Shown: positions 13,610-27,200 of the stretch, piece by piece
Numbering within the stretch: the stretch's first letter is position 1
Layout: the number at the start of each line of letters is the position of its first letter
Assembly (NCBI GenBank): GCA_030390025.1
Contig: CM059432.1
Coordinates: 5,890,001 to 5,954,000 of the forward strand
Direction of reading: 5' to 3'
DNA length: 64,000 nt
Source of the DNA: Squalus acanthias
Lineage: Eukaryota
Notes under the pieces: model-generated
What the model was told of the DNA's origin: nothing
The model's input: the letters and a program-made list of their open reading frames with translations, nothing else
The model's database searches: none
Translations under genes and position numbers: made by a program

Positions 13610-14501
13610 GGGGAAAAAATTCAGTTGGTTGCGCCTCCCGTTAGCGCCCTAAGAGGGCGCTAATGGAGCGCAAAGCAACTAGCACCCAGGCGCGATGATG
13701 TTTGCGTCGCTCGCGATATTAACTAGACATTTTGCGGCGGCACTAAACACTACCACCACGATCTCTTGCGCCGGCAGATCGTGACGTCAGTCAAGTGTGC
13801 AACACCCCGGTAGCGCCCCGGTGCGGATATTGAGTGGCGCCCCCTGCCTTACCGTCTGCCGCTATCAACGACAGGTTGAGGGGAGCGTTTTGCAGTCAGG
13901 AAGGGACTGGGGGAGCGCTATTTAAAGGCGACTGCTTCCTGCCTTTTTTTGTTGGTGACATTTTTGAACCACGCATTCTGAGAGAGAAAGAGAGAGACTT
14001 CTAGAGAGATTCAACGCTGTGTGAAGGAGTTTTGGGTACTGAGCAGCACTCTGCAGGTTCATTTTGATTTGCCCTTCCTTGTATCGATTTAGAAGAGACC
14101 GCGGGGGCTGCACTCTTTGCTCTTTCCCTTGTACTCTCCATTGTTCTTTCCAGCAGATTTGATGTACAGGTCTCTCCAGGCCGAGATTCAAGGCTGCAAT
14201 GAGAAGGATGTGGTGGAAAGCAAGATCAACCCTCCCCTTTAAGAACTGGCCGGCGCCATTGAGTCTGTGTTCCATTGCTGACTGACATCACATGAGCTTC
14301 GCCAGCGCTCTGAGTTAGCGCCTCGCTCCTCGGCCTTTACGCCTTAAGACAGATGTGTAGCACCTGATTTAGCGCTCCAATCACCTCCAGGGGCGATAAA
14401 AGTCAAGTTTGCAGTCGGAGGCGATAATTAGCGCCAGGCGCTAATCTTTGCGCCCGGCCGATAATTGCGCCCCAAATGGGGCGATACTGAATTTCTCCCC
14501 C
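13610..14501. mobile_element. PIF/Harbinger-type MITE copy 1, inserted in an old CR1
   Basis: TIRs ggggaaaaaattcagt / actgaatttctccccc and 3-bp TSD tat. Near-identical to 35806-36706. Confidence 0.88.
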
Positions 14502-15184
14502 TATGATTCTATAATAAACCAGAATAAATACCAAAAGCATAGAAGAGAAGCAAAAAGGGGAATTAGAAGGGATAAAAGAGAGTATATAACGAAGATAGGC
14601 ATTCAATATAAAGGCATGTCAAAAGCAAGAGGATAGTCAAAGGGATGGGGCCACTAGGGACAAAAAGAGCAATCATATTAGAGAAAAGAGAAAAAAGAAA
14701 CAGGTATTTTGCCTGTGTATTTACAGAGGAAGAAGCAGGACTGCAGGAGTGAAGTGGAGAAAAGATACAAAAGTTTGATGTTATGGTGTAGATCGGGGCT
14801 GGTAGGTGGGAGTTCAAGTATAGACACTGATAAGTATAGTCAGAGTATGAATAAGGTAGAAACCTTGGGGATAGGGATGAGACCCCCGATGGGAAGGAAA
14901 CCAACTATGGGTGTCTACTATAGGTCACCAGATCATGAGCAGGAATTGCACAATGAAATTTGTAGACAAATAACAGAAGCTAGAGTTGACAACTCTCGTT
15001 GGAGGCATTCCTGGACATTTGATCATGTGACGTTCTGATCAAGTGAACACATGAGACTTCAACAACTTTAGAACTTAACCACCGCTCCCATTTTCCCTCA
15101 GACAGCAGGTGCTGGTAATGGAGGAAGGCTGCACCAGAGCCTTGTAGTGGTAGTGGAGGAGATGTGGGCTGGGATCCTCTATCA

Positions 15185-15637
15185 ACACACTACACCACTG
15201 GGGTTTACTTGCCTTCATCCAACACATTTCCCAGTACACGGGAGCCTTCCTTTCTTTGCCAGATTTTTCCATGCCTCTCTCCTCCTCTGCTATTCTGCTG
15301 TAACCATTTACACCTCCTCTGAACCCATCTTTTGCTTCTATACTTGTCTCATTATCACTTCATTTTGCTTTGCACCATCATCACTTTTGTCACTGAATCA
15401 CCCCTACCCTCCATATTATCACAGACCCTTTTGTTCTTTTCCTGCCCCTCCTTGTCTCTGGCTCTGCATTGCTGAAAAGCTGTTCATCTCGAACATCTAC
15501 CTGTTCTGACGAAAAGTCATCGACCTGAAGCGTTAACTCTGTATCTCTCTCCACAGATGCTGCCTGACCTGCTTACTGTTTCCAGCATTTTCGGTTTTGA
15601 TTTCAGATTTCCAGTATCTGCAGTATTTTGCTTTTGT
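15185..15637 (+). mobile_element. Penelope-like element 3' fragment with degenerate hammerhead motif
   Basis: Homologous to 19610-19950; ctgacgaaaagtcatcgacctgaagcgttaact at ~15506. Confidence 0.65.
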
Positions 15638-17195
15638 ACCCAATCTACAGGCCTCACAGAAGCTGCCCTCACTCTCTGTATGAGCCCTGCTCCACACTCA
15701 TTTCAATTCCTGTCCTCCTGCTATCCTGTACTGCGTCCATGCTAAGTCAGGGACTGTTGCAGACTGAATTTTAAGCCAGTCCACAGACTTGCTCCATGTT
15801 AGAAGTGGCAGGTGCACTAATTTACTGAACATTCATCCGATTGTTTCTCCACTTTCTTTTAAACAAGTAGCAGGATCAACTTTCCAATAGTGAGTGAGCC
15901 TGTCCTCCTTCTGAAAACTGCTGCTCATGCTCTCTGATTAGTTCAATTCATTTTTTCTACAGACAAGAAGAATTTCCCATGCCCCCAGTCTCAAAGATGT
16001 GAGCATCAGAAAGGCTCCCCTTCAGCTTTGGGCCTTTAGCATCTTTGCAAGGCAAGATAGGAAATACGCTGGAATTGTTGCCCGACAGGAATTGAGCCAA
16101 TTTGAGTGCAACGTTCTTTCAATGGAATAAATATGGTGTTCTGGTACCAATGGCTCGACTAAATTAAGTAAAGCATTTCAGCAAAGATGCAGTGTGTTAG
16201 GGAAGATACGGTGGGGAGGAAGAGTATATTTCCACTGCAGTTCATCTGCTCCTCCTCCTTAACTTTAGCACGAGCCCCGGAAACCATGGAAAAATGGCGT
16301 AACAGTGTTTACTCTCACTTTTCCAGGGTTATCACAGATCGTCCGCCAAAATTACAATGAACGATCAAGAGAAGCCCCACGGAAATTCACTACCAAATTA
16401 TCTATCTCATTGTGTCTTCTTCATTTTTCAATGATATGCAGTTTACACACAACATAGGAGTGTAGTTTTGGGGAAAGCACATGTCAAGAAGCATATGAAA
16501 TGTCTCTATGATGTTGCAGATAGGCGGCACCACACATCCTCTCTTCCCCTACTCCCTACATAAAGCACAAAGCCACAGGAGATGCAGCATTGTCAGTTTG
16601 TTTTCACCTGAAGCAAAACTGAAATCTGCTAACCACCTAAAACTATCAAAGCCCACATCCACCACCCCGCTCCCCAAACTATACCCTTGTGGGATGAATA
16701 GGTGGCATCGTGGTGTATGGAGGAAGCATAAGGAACGGAGAAGGCCAAGTAATAAATGTATCTTTCTTCTTCATGCTACATCCTCCATATTTAGGGTTCT
16801 GCCAGCACTTAAGAGTGCAAATGATGTTCTAACTAATGTGACAGTTAATCAAATGATGGAACAATAATTTCTGGATCCGAATGAAACTGGGAAGCAAACT
16901 TATGTAAAAATTCTGGATGACCCCCACCAAATTCCCAAACTAGATATATGCCAAATTATCTATGACTGTTCTATAATAACTAGCAGATCATTAATTTGGC
17001 AAGCCAAAATGAATGCTAACTGAAGCGTTCTACCCAAGTAGGTTAAAATCATATGTTAAAAGACCCTTCAAACTGTGAGTACATTAATTTATAAACTAAA
17101 TTAATCGAAACCAGTAAGCATAACTGGGTACAATTTCCAAACAGCCATGTAAAACATGACACAAAAAACGTGATCTCCAAATGATCCAAAATGGG

Positions 17196-17306
17196 TCATC
17201 AAAACCTGAAATAAAAACATAAAATGCTGGAAATACTCAGCAGGTCAGGCAGCATCTGTGGAGAGACAGAGAGTGTTAACGTTTCAGGTCGATGACCTTT
17301 GGTCAG
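17196..17306 (-). mobile_element. Penelope-like terminal fragment
   Basis: Reverse complement of the hammerhead plus ccacagatgctgcctgacctgctgag segment. Confidence 0.65.
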
Positions 17307-17399
17307 AAAAAAACCCTGAATTAGCCATAATGAAACCGGAATAGAACTAGATTTTAAATTAATATCAAACAGATAGCAAATAAATTCTGCAATATGCAC

Positions 17400-19150
17400 C
17401 TTGAAGGGCCTTGGAATGAGTCTTATTGCTTGCTAATACAGTAGGCCACCATAGTGCTGCCCAACCAAGACTTAGCCTTATTACCCTAAGGGCTAAATCG
17501 ATTGATTTGCCATGTAGCCTGCTCTAGTATCCATATGTGCTGAGCTCAGTTCCCTTGAAGATGGACAGTTCATTTTGTTCGGGTTGCATCTGTTACCACT
17601 GCCAATTGAGGTGAGGCTATCACAGGGAATTACCCTGTTGTACACTGTCCTTTGGTGACAACCAGATGAGGTCCAGGGAAGATTCTTATTGATTCAAAAA
17701 CGGCGGTGCAGTGAGAACACCATTGGCTGAGCACGTTTAGCTGAAATGGTTGCTTAATAAAAGGTAACACATTCCTGTGTTATAATATGGAAGTATGCAT
17801 TATTTAGATGTTTGGCAGTTAACTTGTGCAGCAATACCTGAATAATTTGTGATAATGTGACCATCCTGAAGTTTCCCAGTTTCAGGTATTACTTTAGAAC
17901 TCCGTGGTCAGAAGACAGTGTTTGCAGTCTTTTAGAAATATGAATCTGTTCCCTCCTGATTGAATTAATTCTTTGTATGCTACCATTTGAAATACCTAGT
18001 ACATTGACAGGGGCCACAGCTTGTCTGATCTCATCATCCCTCAGGATCTCTTAAGGTGTGCTTGTGAAACCTTTCTGATAGTCTCTAGAACCCATGGATT
18101 TGTAGTAACACGGACTAAAACATCTACAAATTCCTGCAGATTTCCCCCTACCCAGGTCCCAAATAAGAAATAGCCTCACATTAATGTGAGATGAGGCCCA
18201 AGATGGTCTGGATCCATGGGATGATTTCCAATGACAATCTTTGGAAAGATATTACATAACCTGTCATTGACTAAAGGGGCTTATGTTTAGGATCCTGCTT
18301 CTATAGCTATCCCTATGGCAGCACAAATGTTCCACTGGTGTCAAAAATGCCTTTCCCTTCAAAGGGTAGTTGTAAAAATTGCTGCTGTAGTTTCCATAGC
18401 AGTAATAATAATCTCACCTTGCTAATATGCTCTGGCGCAACAGTCTGCATTTGGTCCTCAATTCAAAGCAATGAGTAATTTTAACAATTATCCCAATCTG
18501 TTTTACAAATTGACTGGAGCTGTGTGGCCCTTTGGTGAACATATCCTGTCCAAAGGGGTTGGTGGAATGCCTTCCTAATCTTTTTGGATCCATGTTGGTA
18601 AATTCACCAACTGACTACATTTATCCATTTGGACTATGTTGGGAGGTTCAGGGGTCATCTCTTTCATGGTGAATTTCTGAAGGCCTATGCTATAACCTTT
18701 GAGTCTGTGATTGGTGTAATATAGAAGGGTTCCAGTGACCCATGGCAGACCCTGTAAACTCAGTCTATTTTAGGACTAAATGTTATAGCTTGCACCTGCT
18801 AGCCTAGATCTTTGTGCCCATGATCCACAGAAATGTTGCAGTGATAAATACTGTTGAAAAACACCTGATGTGATCCATGCAAGACGCAGAGGGAAGGTTC
18901 CACTTAAGGCTCAGGAACCTTAAGAGTCAGCACACTGAGGACTTAAGTAACTCTAATTTAACTGCTTATGCAATTTAAACCTTTGGTCTAACAATGAACA
19001 CCTGGGCAATTCATCACCATGTTCCGCTTCTTCCCTCTGGGGACAGACCTAATCACAATCTCCTACAGATAGATGCTGGCATCCTATAGCAGGCCTTGGA
19101 ACCTCTGCTAGTTGTGAAGATCTATTCTGTCCTGTTATGTTTTGACTGCC
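17400..19150 (-). mobile_element. Highly decayed DIRS1-like retrotransposon (RT region ~17600-18160; outer bounds approximate)
   Basis: Minus-strand peptides WVGGNLQEFVDVLVRVTTNPWVLET (18080-18154) and FRMVTLSQIIQVLLHKLTAKHLNNAYFHII (17781-17870) resemble DIRS RT motifs (VGGRL..F...W..T.D.WVL; F.M.TL...DLKDAYFHI). Confidence 0.65.
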
Positions 19151-19317
19151 TTCAGCTTTCTAACATACAAAAGCTGAAATTAATCCAGAGTAAGAAGGGC
19201 AGAAAAGACCCAGAAATGTAACCATAACCATTTGAAAACTGAAAAAGAATAGAAAATACAGTGCAAATTTGACAGCCAAGTAAAAATAGCATTACATCTG
19301 AAATAGAACAATGTAAG

Positions 19318-19950
19318 ATGCGGTCTCCTCTACATTGGGGAGACCAAACGCAGATTGGGTGACCGCTTTGTGGAACACCTCCATTCAATCCGTAAGGGTA
19401 ACCCCGAGCTTCCGGTCGCCTGTCACTTTAATTCTCCGCTCCACTCCCACTCTGACCTCTCTGTCCTCTGCCTCCTACAGTGTTCCAACGAAGCTCAACG
19501 TAAGCTCGAGAAACAGCACCTCATCTTTCGATTAGGCACTTTACAGCCTTCTGGACTCAACATCGAGTTCAACAATTTCAGATCATAACCTCTGCCCCTA
19601 TTTTTTCACATGGCAGCTGTTGATGATTCTGCCATTCCCATTTACACCTCTTCAAGAGTCATCTTTCATTTCTTTACTTGTCCCATTACCATCTCCTTTT
19701 GCCTTGCACCATCAGCCCTTTTGTCATTTAATCTCTCCTGCCTTCCACCCTATCACAGACCTTCCCTTTTGTTCTTTTCTCCCCTCCCCGCTTTCCCTGC
19801 CCCTGCACTTGCTTAAAATCTGTAACATCTCTAACTTTTTCCAGTTCTTACGAAAGGTCATTGACCTGAAACATTAACTTTGTTTCTCCCTCCACAGATG
19901 CTACCTGACCTGCTGAGTATTTCCAGCATCCGCAGTATTTTGTTTTTGTG
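19318..19950 (+). mobile_element. Penelope-like element: GIY-YIG endonuclease C-terminus and terminal repeat
   Basis: YIGET.R.LGDRFVEHLHSI...PVACHFNS...EKQHLIFRLGTLQPSGLN, followed by a degenerate hammerhead at 19841-19880. Confidence 0.85.
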
Positions 19951-20889
19951 TTGTAATGGAAGAATGTGCTGTATTGAGGGACAGCTGCCCATCACAAAGT
20001 GCACTGCCTGAACAGGACATTGCACAGCAGTCCGCAAACCAACACATGCACACTTATTTAAGCTGTCCAATTTCGCAGGTCACATCGATCATATGTCAAC
20101 ATTTAATCAATCTGTTACTTTGTAATGTATGGAGCCTGTAATTCAAAATGTTATTTGATCTAGCAAATCAACTGGGGGAGAAAAAAAACGCTGCCCCAAT
20201 AACGTTTGCCTCTTAAGCCTTCACATTCTATTGCAGTTTTCAATATCACATGAGACTCACATGTGCTTCCATTTTTCAACATTAAAATAGCTCTTATTTT
20301 CAATTATTTTTATTGCTTTTATATAATGAACAACTTCTATTGTTGGGCAATATAGGCTGAATTTAATAAGTATATATCTTTCATTCATCACAGATGTCTC
20401 AACAAATTCAGTAAAGTTTACAGTTCTGCAACAAATTTCTTCAGAAAAGTTGTTTATAATGTTGGCAAATTGCTTTAGCTGGATTATGTTTAAGATACAC
20501 TTTTTAGATATATTTGTACATTTAAAAAAATGTCTTTGAAGGCCAACAAAAAGGAACTGTAATCAACTGAATGTCTGTCAAAATCTTGCACAGGCAAGAA
20601 TTTCAAGTAAACAACCTGTACTACAGTAAGTCATCAATATTAAGCCATCACGCTAATGCAAGTTTTTTTTTAATATCCATTGGGTCAGTTCATTTCCAAC
20701 AATCTTATCCTTCTCCCCATTCTGATACATGAAATGGTGAAATTTTCCACTTAAAAACAAAAACTGAAAATCTAACTGCCTTATATGCCGATTGTATTTT
20801 CATTTTGATCACTATCTTCTAACAAGCCTCTCGTGAGGCATCTTATTGAACCCACAATCTTTTGACTCGGAGTCGAGAGTACTACCAAA

Positions 20890-21051
20890 CAATGTTCCCA
20901 TTAGGCTGCACGGCCGCGCAGCAGTCTGGAGGTCCCGCGCAGACCGTTTGCCGGCTTTACAATAGGAAAAACCTCGCATGTGCGGAAATTTGAACGGGCT
21001 ACGCAGCCCATTAAAGGGGTCGCGCACCCAAAAAAATAAAAGGGAACATTG
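20890..21051. mobile_element. hAT-like MITE inside a SINE tRNA-like head
   Basis: TIR caatgttccc/gggaacattg and imperfect 8-bp TSD ctaccaaa/ccaccaac; SINE head sequence continues on both sides. Confidence 0.7.
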
Positions 21052-21399
21052 CCACCAACTGAGTTACAGCTGACACCTCACAGCTATGTACTGGCAGCTT
21101 GCCGGTTTTAATCAAATGAGGTACGAGAATATTGCCAGTGTCTCTCGCCCACATGATCGGACGTGTGGAGCAATCGCTCTATGCATTTCCTGAACAACTA
21201 TGGGCCTAAACTAATTTCTCCCTATTGCCTCACACTTATCCACATTACAACTGCCACCTGTTTTCCCAATCCACTAACTTATCAATGTCTTTGTGAAGTC
21301 TTTCACAGTCTCCTTCGCTGTTTGTCAAACCCCTACTTTTGTATCATCAGTAAGTCCAGATCATCTTTATATTCTGGGAACACACATACATTTACCCTA

Positions 21400-21645
21400 A
21401 ATAACAACAGAAAACGCTGGAAAAACTCAGCGGGTCAGGCAGCATCCGTGGAGAGAGAAACAGAGTTAACGTTTCAGGTCGAAGACCTTTTGTCAGAACT
21501 GGAAAAAAGCAGGAAATGAAATAGATTTAAAGCAAGTTTAGGGGCTGGGAAAAGGGGGAGGGGATGAAAGAACAAAAGGGAAGGTCAGTGGTAGGATAGA
21601 AAGCAGGAGAGATTAAGAGAGACATTGAGAGACATTAAGAGATAT
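21400..21645 (-). mobile_element. Penelope-like terminal fragment
   Basis: Reverse-complement match to 41150-41311, including tctcttaatg repeats and the hammerhead motif. Confidence 0.7.
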
Positions 21646-23099
21646 TGCTATTACATTTACCCTAACTCTTGGTTTCATATCTGTTGACCAGCTTTTTATC
21701 CATGCGGCCACATTTCCTCTTCGATTATATACCTGTATTTTTCTAACAAGCCCCTTGTGAGACACCCTATTGAATGCCTTCTAAAATTCCATATACTCCA
21801 TTCTCTTTTTATCTATCCACTTCTTCAAAAAAAACTCTTATATTTGTCAAAGGTATCCTTCAACAAGTCCATGCCGGCTGCCCTCGATTACTCGTGCATT
21901 TGTAAATGCTCACTAATTTTATCTTGAAGTCACGGCATGAAAAATCCTGTTGTTGTGCATCTAGGCAGAAGTTTTAAATCATAAAATGCAGGAAAAGATG
22001 AGTAGCATTTTTGCACACATTTGTCTCCTCATAATATTAACATTCTGGAGTACATGGAGTTCTCTTTGATTAGTGTTCAGTGAACAATCTAATAAATGAT
22101 ATCCAAGCCATGAAATAATGATAAACAATTAACTGGATGTAAATTATATTTTTTCCTCATGTGGTCAACACCTGTTTCTTAGAAAAATGGCAAGTTGATG
22201 TAAAATACAGTTTCTAATTTACACATTTAATTATCAGTGTTGATCTTTGGATTTGTTTATATATATTTCTTGTCAAACAAAGCATAACAACTTCATGTGG
22301 CCTAGCCTTGATCCTGAAACATTCCGTGACTAAAATATGAAGTTTTAACCTGTTTAAAACCCACTTTAGAGACTCTGTCAGGAAACAATTGCTGGAAAGG
22401 CTGAAGGTTATAGATGATGTTGAAGACAGAGAAAGTTCAGCCAAGTCCTTGTCTAGAATTCATAAATATTTCAAAGGAAACATCATCACAGAAATGAAAT
22501 TATTTAGAGTTGGTCTTTTCAATAGAGTAATGCAATCTGCTTGTCTTGGGCTTTGTCAGGGAGGGGGGCGAGGGAACGACACAAACATATGGAAAACCAT
22601 CTTTAGTAGATGCCATTTACTATATCCTGCGCAGTTGGGACATTGCAGATTCATTAGAATGTAGCTGCCTGTGACAACTGGCAGAACTCTTTTGGGATCC
22701 GAGTCCACGACCTCCTAATTTGAAGATTTGTTTTACAGCCCCCATAACCTATGTGACTTTCTGTAGTAGTGGCATTTGAGTTTGCAATGTTAATTGTTGA
22801 AAATCTAGAATTGGATTTTATATAATCTTTTAAACAACTATTAATACTGTATAAAAAGGAGATACAGTGTCACATAGAGATCGAAAAACAAATTGTACAA
22901 ATGATCACAAATATCTCTAAAACCTAATTAAGAAGAACTGTAGTGACTTAAGAGTTTGCGTAGCTCTGGCATGATCTATGACCTAAATGTTTTATTTAAT
23001 ATTTACAATTTTTCAAATATACAGGAATAGTATATTCTAAATATCAAGACAAAGTTCCTGAAGTACCCGAGGAAGCAAAGTTGCTAAGTCTAATAACTT

Positions 23100-23435
23100 A
23101 AGGAACATAACACCAGGAGTAGGTCATTCAGACCCTCAAGCCTGTACTTCCATTCTATTAGATCATGACTGATCTGTATTCCAACTCCATTCAACTCCCT
23201 TTGATCCATATCACTTGATACCCATAATTATTAAAAATCGGTTGATCTCGGTCTTGAAAATTTCAATTGACCCAGCATCCACAACCTTTTGGGACGGAGT
23301 TCCAGATTTCCCCTACCTTTTGTGTGAAAACGTGCTTCCTAATATTACTGCTGAATGGCCTAGCTTTAATTTTAAGATTGTGACCCCTTATTCTGGATTC
23401 TCCCACCAGAGGAACTAGTTTCTCTGTATCTACTC
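23100..23435 (-). mobile_element. Old CR1 3' end
   Basis: Similar to 3807-4175. Confidence 0.7.
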
Positions 23436-23549
23436 TAAGGAAAAATTAGTGATCTAATTGATTCCAATTTGCCTGTAATTGCTGTGCATTGATCCATTGG
23501 GTGCTTCTGTGACATGAAAGTGGCTGGAAGGCTTCATTTTTGTGTTTTC

Positions 23550-23885
23550 CATAAACTTGAGGTCATCCAAAACTCTGCTACCAGTGTCCGAACTCGCACC
23601 AAGACCCCGTTCACCCATCACCCCTATGCTTGGCTCCCGGTTAAGCAACGGCTCAATTTGAAAATTACCATGCTTGTTTTCAAAACCCTCCATGGCATCA
23701 CCCCTTCCTATCTCTGTAATCTCCTCCAGCCCCACAACCCTCAGAGATATCTGCGCTCTTCCAATTCTGGCCTCTCCAGCATCCCTGATGTGGCTCGGTG
23801 TCAAATTTTGTTTTATAATGCTCCGGTGAAGCACCTTGGGACATTTTACTACGTTAAAGGCCCTGTATAAATACAAGTGGTTGTT
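23550..23885 (+). mobile_element. L2 3' fragment
   Basis: KLEVIQNSA..WLPVKQR..KITMLVFK.LHG.TPSYL and L2 tail. Confidence 0.8.
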
Positions 23886-24230
23886 ATTTAAAACTAGACA
23901 CAACTGCCAGAATTTTACCGGCGCTGAGAGGGCGGGATCAGAGGCAGGTCAGCTGTCAAAATAGAAAAGATTAACAGCGGGTCAGGAACCCGCTGTCAAG
24001 CCACCTCCATGTGAGTCTCCCAGGTATCGGTTCTGTCAGCGCTGAACAGACCCGACACCAAGCAGCAGGGGAGGCAATTCACATCATTAAATGCATTGTT
24101 AAGAGGCAATTAAGTCTTATTTTAAGCTTATCTTTAGATTTTCAGAGTTCGCCAACGGTTTCCCCGCTGCTCAGGGATCACGTCAAGTAAGGAGGTCAGG
24201 TGTTGTGTCAGCATGGGATGATTTACTAAC

Positions 24231-27200
24231 TTGTCATGGTGCATATAGGTACCAACGATATAGGTAAAAAACGGGATGAGGTCCTAAAAGCTGAATATAG
24301 GGAGTTAGGAGGTAAATTAAAAAATAGGACCTCAAAAGGTAGTATTCTCAGGATTGCTACCAGTGCCACGTGCTAGTCAGAGTAGAAATAGAAGGATATT
24401 TCAGATGAATACATGGCTAGAGGAATGGTGCAAGGGGGAGGGATTCAAATTCCTGGGACATTGGAACCGGTTCTGGGGGAGGTGGGACCAATACAAAACT
24501 GGACGGTTTGCACCTGGGCGGCACCGGGACCGATGTCTTAGGGGGAGTGTTTGCTAGTGCTGTTGGGGAGGGTTTAAACTAAAATGGCAGGGGGTTGCGA
24601 ACCTGTGCAGGGAGACAGAGGAAAGGGAAGCAAGGATAGAAACAAAAGACAGGAAGGAGAAAAGCAAAAGTGGAAGGCAGAGAAATCAAGGGTGTAAATC
24701 AAACAGGGCTACAGTAAATAATAATTCTAAAAGGACTAAGAGTATTAAAAAAACAAGCCTGAAGGCTTTGTGTCTTAATGCAAGGAGCATTCGTAATAAG
24801 GTGGATGAATTAGCTGCGCAAATAGATGTAAACTGATATGATATAATTGGGATTACGGAGACATGGCTCCAGGGTGACCAAGGCTGGGAATTCAACATCC
24901 AGGGGTATTCAATATTCAGGAAGGACAGGCAAAAAGGAAAAGGAGGTGGGGTAGCATTGCTGGTTAAAGAGGAGATTAACACAATAGTAAGGAAGGATAT
25001 TAGCTCTGATGATGTAGAATCTGTATGGGTAGAGCTGAGAAATACCATGGGGCAGAAAATGTTAGTGGGAGTTGTATACAGATCCCCAAACAGTAATGCT
25101 GAGGTTGGGGATGGCATTAAACAGGAAATTAGAGACGCGTGCAATAAGGGCACAGCAGTTATCATGGGTGACTTTAATCTACATATAGATTGGGCTAACC
25201 AAATTAGTAACAATACTGTGGAGGAGGAATTCCTAGAGTGTATACGGGATGGATTCCTGGACCAATATGTCGAGGAACCAACTAGAGATCAGGCCATCTT
25301 AGACTGGGTATTATGTAATGAGAAAGGATTAATTAGCAATCTTGTTCTGTGAGGCCCCTTGGGGAGGAGCGATCATAATATGATAGAATTCTTTATTAAG
25401 ATGGAGAGTGAAGTAGTTGACTCAGAGACTAGGGTCCTGAATTTAAATAAAGGAAACTACGATGGTATGAGGCGCGAGTTGGCTAGGATGGATTGGGGAG
25501 CGTTACTTAAAGGGTTGACGGTGGATAGGCAATGGCAAACATTTAAAGATCGCATGGATGAACTACAGAATTTGTTCATCCCTGTTTGGCATAAAAATAG
25601 AACAAAAAAGGTGACTGAACCGTGGCTAACAAGAGAAATTAGGGATAGCATAAGATCCAAGGAGAGGACATATAAATTGGCCAGAAAAAGCAGCAAACCT
25701 GAGGATTGGGAGCAGTTTAGGATTCAGCAAAGGGGACAAAGGGATTAATTAAGAGGGGGAAAATAGAATATGAGAGTAAGCTTGCAGGGAACATAAAAAC
25801 TGACTGTAAAAGCTTCTATAGATATGTGAAGAGAAAAAGATTGGTGAAGTCAAGCATAGGTCCCTTGCAGTCAGAATCAGGGGAATTTATAATGGGGAAC
25901 AAAGAAATGGCTGACCAATTAAATACATACTTTGGTTCTGTCTTCACAAAGGAGGACACAAATAACCTCCCAGAGATGTCAGGGAACATAGGGTCTAATG
26001 AGAGGGAGGAACTGAAAGAAATCAGTATTTGTAGGGAAATGGTGTTAGGGAAATTGACGGGATTGAAGGCCGATAAATCCCCAGGGCCTGATAATCTACA
26101 TCCTAGGGTACTTAAGGAAGTGGCCCTAGAAATAGTAGATGCATTGCTGGTCATCTTCCAAAATTCTATAGACTCTGGAACAGTTCCCATGGATTGGAGG
26201 GTAGCTAATGTAACCCCACTATTTAAAAAAAGTGGTAGAGAAAAAACGGGGAATTACAGACCGGTAAGCCTGACATCAGTAGTGGGCAAAATGCTAGAAT
26301 CCATTATAAAAGATGTAATAGCAGAGCACTTGGAAAACAGTGACAGGATCGGACAAAGTCAACATGGATTTACAAAAGGTAAATCATGCCTGACCAATCT
26401 ACTGGAATTTTTTGAGGATGTAACTGGTAGAATAGATAAGGGGGAACCAGTGGATGTGGTGTATTTGGACTTTCAGAAGGCTTTCGATAAGGTCACGCAT
26501 AAGAGATTAGCGTGCAAAGTTAAAGCACATGGGATTGGGGTAAGGTACTGACTTGGATAGAGAACTGGTTGGCAGACAGGAAGCAAAGAGTTGGAATAAA
26601 CGGGTCTTTTTCCGAGTGGCAGGCAGTGACTAGTGGGGTACTGCAGGGATCAGTGCTAGGTCCCCAGCTATTCACAATATATATTAATGATCTAGATGAG
26701 GGAACTAGAAACATAGAAACTAGGAGCAGGAGTAGGCCATTCGGCCCGTCGAGCCTGCTCCACCATTCAATACGATCATGGCTGATCATCCAAATCCAGT
26801 ACCCCGTCCCTGCTCCCTCACACAGAATCCCCACAGTACAGATAGAGGCCATCTCGGCCCATCGAGCCTGCACCGACACATATCCCACCCTATCCCCGTA
26901 ACCCTACGTATTTAATTCCCCCTAACATATCCCAGTAACCCCACATATTTAATCCCCCCCGAACACTAAGGGTCAATTTATCATAGCCAAATCAACCTAA
27001 CCCGCACATTTTTGGACTGTGGGAGGAAGCCGGAGCACCCGGAGGAAACCCACGCAGACACGGGGAGAATGTGCAAACTCCACACAGACAGTCACCCGAG
27101 GTCAGATTCGAACCCGGGTCTCTGGCGCTGTGAGGCACCAGTGCTAACCACTATGCCACCGTGTTGCCCATAACTAGATGTAATATCTCCAAGTTTGCAG

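Noticed and set aside
13922..14275. Similar ORFs here and at 36084-36480 suggesting a duplicated gene
   Set aside because: Both lie within two copies of the same MITE, and the reading frames are not preserved across the (GA)n tract.
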